From Elusimicrobiota bacterium (GTDB lineage: Bacteria; Elusimicrobiota; Elusimicrobia; UBA1565; UBA9628), in contig DAHVNA010000005.1 in assembly GCA_027319565.1 (NCBI GenBank), positions 548 to 64,547 of the forward strand: a stretch of 64,000 nt of DNA. The letters are read 5' to 3'. Shown here piece after piece: positions 59,799 to 64,000 of this stretch (position 1 is the first letter of the stretch; the number at the start of each line of letters is the position of its first letter). The position numbers were made by a program, and so were the translations under genes. Below the pieces are notes generated by a model. It searched no databases. It saw nothing but the letters and a program-made list of their open reading frames with translations, and was not told the DNA's origin.

Positions 59799-61319
59799 TC
59801 AAAACGCCATGACAATTGAGGTTCCCGTCAGATAGACATTGTCCAAACGGTAGCCGGGGATACTCGCATAGGTATAAGCGCTGGTCGCGATGCCGTGCAA
59901 ATTCCAATAAGAGTATTCGAGCTTAAACCAAAAATGATCGCTGATCTGCCAATCAATCGCGGCGGTATATTTATCCATGACGGAAGTCGCATAACCGTTT
60001 GCGGGATTAATCGCGGTCACCGAGGGATATAAGGTGTCGTTGAGCGTCTGGTTATCCAAGAGGTCTTCCACCGGGCCTCTTCGATACATCTGGTTATAGA
60101 CAAGAACGCCCATGACGTCTTTCCCAAATTTAGGATGGCGAATCAGAGGAGCCGAGGCCTGGACGAAATAACCGTAATTTTCCTCGGCACTTTCTCCCAA
60201 TAGAGAAGTGCAGCCATTGGCCGTCCCCGCAGACGGACACGGAGAACCGGAGGCCTGAAGATAATTCCCATTGGCCTCCAGCGGAGCCATAAACTGGGTA
60301 TAGCTGTAAATGCCTTGCCCGGAAAAATTAAGCCCGAGATAATCGAAACTCCAGTCCACTGAGTAAATTTGATAATTTAAATTTCCTTCCAGATTGTATT
60401 GCCCCTCCATCCCCGACAAATCCATCGTCACGCCCTTGAGATTGGAAGCCCCTTCCGGGAAAGGCCAGGGGAAACGCAAATCTCCCAAGGCCCAGACCAA
60501 ACGCGCGCCAACCGATTTTTGATTATTGTTATCGGCCAAATTATTATCCTGATGGCCAAAATCGATATTAGTCCCATTGCCGGGAATGGGAGGAACTCCA
60601 AGATTTCCGGTATTTGGAAAAGTGCGCAGGCGATTATTAGATTCTCCCAAGCCGTTGACCACGTACAAAGTAATCTCATCTGGAATCAGAGGGTTTTTAA
60701 TAGGAGGATAGAAACTCGTCCGCGCCCCGATATCGGTGTATCCAAGACTGACCGGAGGAGTCGGGGAATTGGCGCGCACGACAAAGCCGGGGTTTTCGGG
60801 GGAAACCATGGACAGCGGCTGCGTGATGGTCAGATACTGTTCCGGACGATAAAGCTCGTTATAACGTCCAAAGGGAACGATGAATTTTCCCAGCTGAAAA
60901 TCCCAGTTTTGAATCTTTTGATAGCTGAAATTGAGCTGATTGAGCTGAATCGAGCCTTGTCCCGTCGTCGGCATATGCCATTCGGCCACGATGGGAACGC
61001 TGTCGACAATCGGCCCATTAAAACCCGCGTACATTCCCCCCATGTAGACATCGTCTTGAACCTGCGTTTCATAACCGGGATAACGGGGACCGATATTAAT
61101 CCAATTGAGGGCCATGCTTCCCGTGGGGCGCAAACGCGAAAAATGCGCAAGAAAACTATCGGCCATGTCCCAGTTGGAACCCGAGGCCGGTCCCGTTGAG
61201 AGGTCCGCTGAAAAACCGCTCGCTTGAGCCTTTAATGCGAGGCCAAAAATCAATAAAAAAGCGCAAAGAGTTGTTTCTTGACAGCGGAAGCGAAAAGAGT
61301 TACCATGAAAGCGTCGCAT
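59799..61319 (-). CDS. Hypothetical exported protein, probable outer-membrane beta-barrel/porin (start uncertain)
   Basis: Signal peptide ending AQA, GKFIVPFG, DNNNQKSVGAR, amphipathic strands, C-terminal Phe. Confidence 0.65.
   Translation of the reverse strand: MRRFHGNSFRFRCQETTLCAFLLIFGLALKAQASGFSADLSTGPASGSNWDMADSFLAHFSRLRPTGSMALNWINIGPRYPGYETQVQDDVYMGGMYAGFNGPIVDSVPIVAEWHMPTTGQGSIQLNQLNFSYQKIQNWDFQLGKFIVPFGRYNELYRPEQYLTITQPLSMVSPENPGFVVRANSPTPPVSLGYTDIGARTSFYPPIKNPLIPDEITLYVVNGLGESNNRLRTFPNTGNLGVPPIPGNGTNIDFGHQDNNLADNNNQKSVGARLVWALGDLRFPWPFPEGASNLKGVTMDLSGMEGQYNLEGNLNYQIYSVDWSFDYLGLNFSGQGIYSYTQFMAPLEANGNYLQASGSPCPSAGTANGCTSLLGESAEENYGYFVQASAPLIRHPKFGKDVMGVLVYNQMYRRGPVEDLLDNQTLNDTLYPSVTAINPANGYATSVMDKYTAAIDWQISDHFWFKLEYSYWNLHGIATSAYTYASIPGYRLDNVYLTGTSIVMAF
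61278..61306 (+). promoter_or_regulatory. Sigma70 promoter of the ferredoxin gene
   Basis: TTGACA-17-TACCAT. Confidence 0.6.
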
Positions 61320-61358
61320 CGGTTTAAATCTTATCAAACAAACAGGGAGAAGAGTTCA

Positions 61359-61673
61359 ATGGCTCATGTCATCAACGAAGCCTGCTTAGGGGAAGTTTAC
61401 GCTTCATGCGTCGATGTCTGTCCGGTTGAGTGCATTCATCCGGGAGATTACAAGGGTCAGCCGTTCATGATCATTGATCCAGAGGTCTGCATTGACTGCG
61501 GAGTCTGCCTCCCGGAATGCCCCATCGGCGCGATTGTCGGTTCAGTGGATGAGTCTCCCGAATGGGCCAAGGTTAACGCGGAACTGGCTCCCACGTTTAA
61601 AAATAATCCGAAAACGACGCCGCGGCCGGCCAACGATCCGCCCAGGAAAGCCACTAATAAGCTGGTCAAATAG
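61359..61673 (+). CDS. fdxA: Ferredoxin, 7Fe (3Fe-4S/4Fe-4S) FdxA type
   Basis: C.....SCVDVCPVECI and IDP..CIDCGVCLPECP. Confidence 0.9.
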   Translation: MAHVINEACLGEVYASCVDVCPVECIHPGDYKGQPFMIIDPEVCIDCGVCLPECPIGAIVGSVDESPEWAKVNAELAPTFKNNPKTTPRPANDPPRKATNKLVK

Positions 61674-61676
61674 TTT

Positions 61677-63665
61677 TTGATTGATCTCTATAAAAAGGCT
61701 AGCCGGCTGTTGGGGCTCGGCGTTTTTTTGTTTTTTTCCGCGCCGCGAGCCCAGGCTATGAGTTACACCTATCTGTGCCGGGCCCCGCTAGACTGGAAAG
61801 GAGCCGTTCTCTCGGGCCTTCAAGCCATTCCCTTTGAAGACGGGCTTTTTAAAACCAGCGCGAGTTCTTCTGTTTTTTTGTCCCGGGTTATCTCATCTCC
61901 GATTCCCTTTGATCAGTTGGTAGGATCTTGGAACGCGGAAGTGCCCATTCACAATTCTCTGCGGATGGAGGCGCGCGTTCAAATAGACAATCACTGGACG
62001 CCTTGGTTTATTCTTGGAACCCAAAAAGGATCCCTTTTCTTCTCGCATAAAAGCGAAAAGAAATCTTCTATCGCCTTTGTCGATATCGACACGCTGAAAC
62101 TCAAAAAAAGCGCTCGCATTTTTCAATACCGCGTTTTATTTTCGTCTCCTAAAAAACCGACAATTCTAAAACTTCTCGCGATTAACGTCTCAAACCCGGA
62201 AGGATACCGCAAAAAACCGCTTCCATTTAAGCCCGGCCCCTGGGTTCGGGAGCTTAAGGTTCAAGCCCGCTCTCAAATGCAGGAAGAAAAAAAATATCGG
62301 CGCAATGTTTGCAGCCCCACTTCCCTGGGAATGGCGCTTGACTATTGGAAAATTCGCATTAAAACGGCGAAAATCGCCGAAGCAGTGCGGGATCAAACAA
62401 CGCTTAATTTTGGAGACTGGACGTTTAACACCGCTTTTGCCGGCTCCTGGGGGCTTCTGTCTTATGTTTCACGCTTTAACGACTTAAGAGAAGTCGAGGA
62501 AGAAATCGCAAAAGGACGGCCCGTCATCGCCAGCGTTTCTTTTAAGACCGGAGAAATGCCCCGCGCCCCCATTCAAAAAACGGCAGGACACCTGCTTGTC
62601 ATCATAGGATTTACAAAAACGGGAGACGTCATCGTCAATGATCCCGCCGCGCCTAACGTCTCTTCAGTCAGACGGGTCTATCCCAGGGCTTCTTTTGATA
62701 AGGCCTGGAGAATCAACAAAAGAGGCCTGGTTTATCTCCTGAGTCCCCTTCAAGGCCTCTCGGCCATCATCGGCGTTCCCGTTTCAAACCTGATGTCAAA
62801 ACCCGTTCCCAAAATAAAAGTAAAGCTCGACGATCCTTTGCACTTATCTCAGCTTCTTTACGGCGAGAAAATAACCATTTTAGAAGCCAAAGGCCAATGG
62901 GTTAAAATCGCGGCTGATGAACAAATGGATTTTCGGCAAGGACATTGGCAAGGCTATCATGGGTGGATTCAAGCAAAAGACATTTCCTTTGCCTTTAATC
63001 CGGCGCCGAATTCCGTCGTTAGAATCAGACAAGCCATTTTGCACCGCGGCCAAGAATTTCTCAACCTATCAGTTGGCACCAGGCTTAAGAAACTTGGGAA
63101 CAACGGCAGCCTTTCCATTGTTCAACTTCCGGACGGCACAACCGCCGAGATTGATTCCAGCGCTCTTTATCCTTCTCAAAACGCAATCGACGCCCAAAGC
63201 CGAGCGGAAATTATTCGAACGGCCGAGCTTTTTCTTGGAACCAGCTATTACTGGGGCGGCAGGTCCGGAGTTCAACCCGATCTCTCCATCGGGGTCGATT
63301 GCTCGGGACTGGTTAACCTCGCCTACCGGGTCATTGGAATCGATATCCCCAGGGATTCTTTCGCGCAAAAGCTCAAAAGTCTTCCCATGAAAAACACGGA
63401 TCTCAAAATAGGCGATCTTATTTTCTTAACCGATCCTAAAAACAAGAAACGCATCAGCCATGTCATGATTTACACGGGCGGAGATGGATTTATCGAAAGC
63501 CGAAAATCATCCGGACAGGTTATGCGTTCCTCGTTTAAAGAGAGATTCGGTCTTCCCTTAAGCGAAATCGCCTCAGGTTCCGAAGTCAAGGATTACTCCT
63601 ACCCCAAGCCCAAGAAAAGATTTATTTATTTTGGCTCTTATTTTGAACAACCTCATCTAAATTAA
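61677..63665 (+). CDS. Exported fusion of a C39-like peptidase, SH3-like domain(s) and an NlpC/P60 peptidase
   Basis: SQ...CSPTS...GHLLVIIGF...VNDP; QLLYGE.......GQWVKI; LGTSYYWGG...DCSG...PRDS...HVMIY. Confidence 0.82.
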   Translation: MIDLYKKASRLLGLGVFLFFSAPRAQAMSYTYLCRAPLDWKGAVLSGLQAIPFEDGLFKTSASSSVFLSRVISSPIPFDQLVGSWNAEVPIHNSLRMEARVQIDNHWTPWFILGTQKGSLFFSHKSEKKSSIAFVDIDTLKLKKSARIFQYRVLFSSPKKPTILKLLAINVSNPEGYRKKPLPFKPGPWVRELKVQARSQMQEEKKYRRNVCSPTSLGMALDYWKIRIKTAKIAEAVRDQTTLNFGDWTFNTAFAGSWGLLSYVSRFNDLREVEEEIAKGRPVIASVSFKTGEMPRAPIQKTAGHLLVIIGFTKTGDVIVNDPAAPNVSSVRRVYPRASFDKAWRINKRGLVYLLSPLQGLSAIIGVPVSNLMSKPVPKIKVKLDDPLHLSQLLYGEKITILEAKGQWVKIAADEQMDFRQGHWQGYHGWIQAKDISFAFNPAPNSVVRIRQAILHRGQEFLNLSVGTRLKKLGNNGSLSIVQLPDGTTAEIDSSALYPSQNAIDAQSRAEIIRTAELFLGTSYYWGGRSGVQPDLSIGVDCSGLVNLAYRVIGIDIPRDSFAQKLKSLPMKNTDLKIGDLIFLTDPKNKKRISHVMIYTGGDGFIESRKSSGQVMRSSFKERFGLPLSEIASGSEVKDYSYPKPKKRFIYFGSYFEQPHLN

Positions 63666-63999
63666 TTCCAAGCAGCGGCCACCTGGAATTTTCATACCGG
63701 GCAAAATATTCCAAGGCTGGAACGTCTTTAACGACGCTGTTAAAAGCCGCGTGGCGAATATAGGTCTGCCCCCCCTTCTGGATGATAAACACTTGATGGG
63801 AAATTAAAACCGGCTTATCCGAGCGGTCGGCGCGGACAAGATTGGCGATAGTTCCGGACGGAATTTCCGCCAAGCGATCCTCAAAATCGCGGATTGGCAG
63901 ATAGGGAATTTGAGCTTCCTCATCCGGCATCGATTCTCCGATCTCGCGCAAATTGTGAAGTAAATTCTCTTTCTCCTGAGGCGACATCTTTGGAAAGCC
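63622..63999 (-). CDS. C-terminal part of a probable DUF1460 (AmiA-like NlpC/P60 amidase) protein; runs off the window end
   Basis: YLP...IPSGTI..VR......ISHQVFI......IRHAA pattern. Confidence 0.55.
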   Translation of the reverse strand, partial: GFPKMSPQEKENLLHNLREIGESMPDEEAQIPYLPIRDFEDRLAEIPSGTIANLVRADRSDKPVLISHQVFIIQKGGQTYIRHAAFNSVVKDVPALEYFARYENSRWPLLGINLDEVVQNKSQNK

Positions 64000-64000
64000 T

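Noticed and set aside
1..64000. tRNA or rRNA genes
   Set aside because: No cloverleaf with a TTC loop or rRNA-like stretch was seen in any intergenic gap

Overview
Chromosomal window from a diderm bacterium, probably Elusimicrobiota (inferred from the style of the type IV pilin and the gene content; not verified). Most genes are housekeeping: a partial dcw operon (murB-ftsQ-ftsA-ftsZ-pilT-dNK-pgeF-hisC-cmk-rpsA), ndk, murQ, rpsU-dnaG-rpoD, fluoride riboswitch-crcB-DUF190, a lytic transglycosylase, pcrA, gatCAB, gcvTHP plus a lipoate ligase, rplU-rpmA-obgE-hpnCDE, dcd, Tad-like pilins, ftsH, marC, ferredoxin and cell-wall cysteine peptidases. Main highlights: (1) the beta-propeller at 11851-13380 closely matches Acidithiobacillus-type tetrathionate hydrolase (TetH), including the catalytic Asp and Met cluster, which suggests sulfur-compound metabolism in an unexpected lineage; (2) an FtsH-like protease with two intact tandem AAA modules; (3) a tandem GGGCC-N4-GGCCC box located exactly 23 nt upstream of a -10 element at two loci; (4) inverted arrays of 10-nt repeats that encode protein N-terminal leader or signal peptides; (5) a type II R-M-like cassette inserted between gatA and gatB; (6) a candidate dif site at 369-396; (7) many apparently leaderless genes. 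No rRNA, tRNA, CRISPR array or transposase was seen. All assignments come from reading the sequence and recalled family knowledge; no searches were run.
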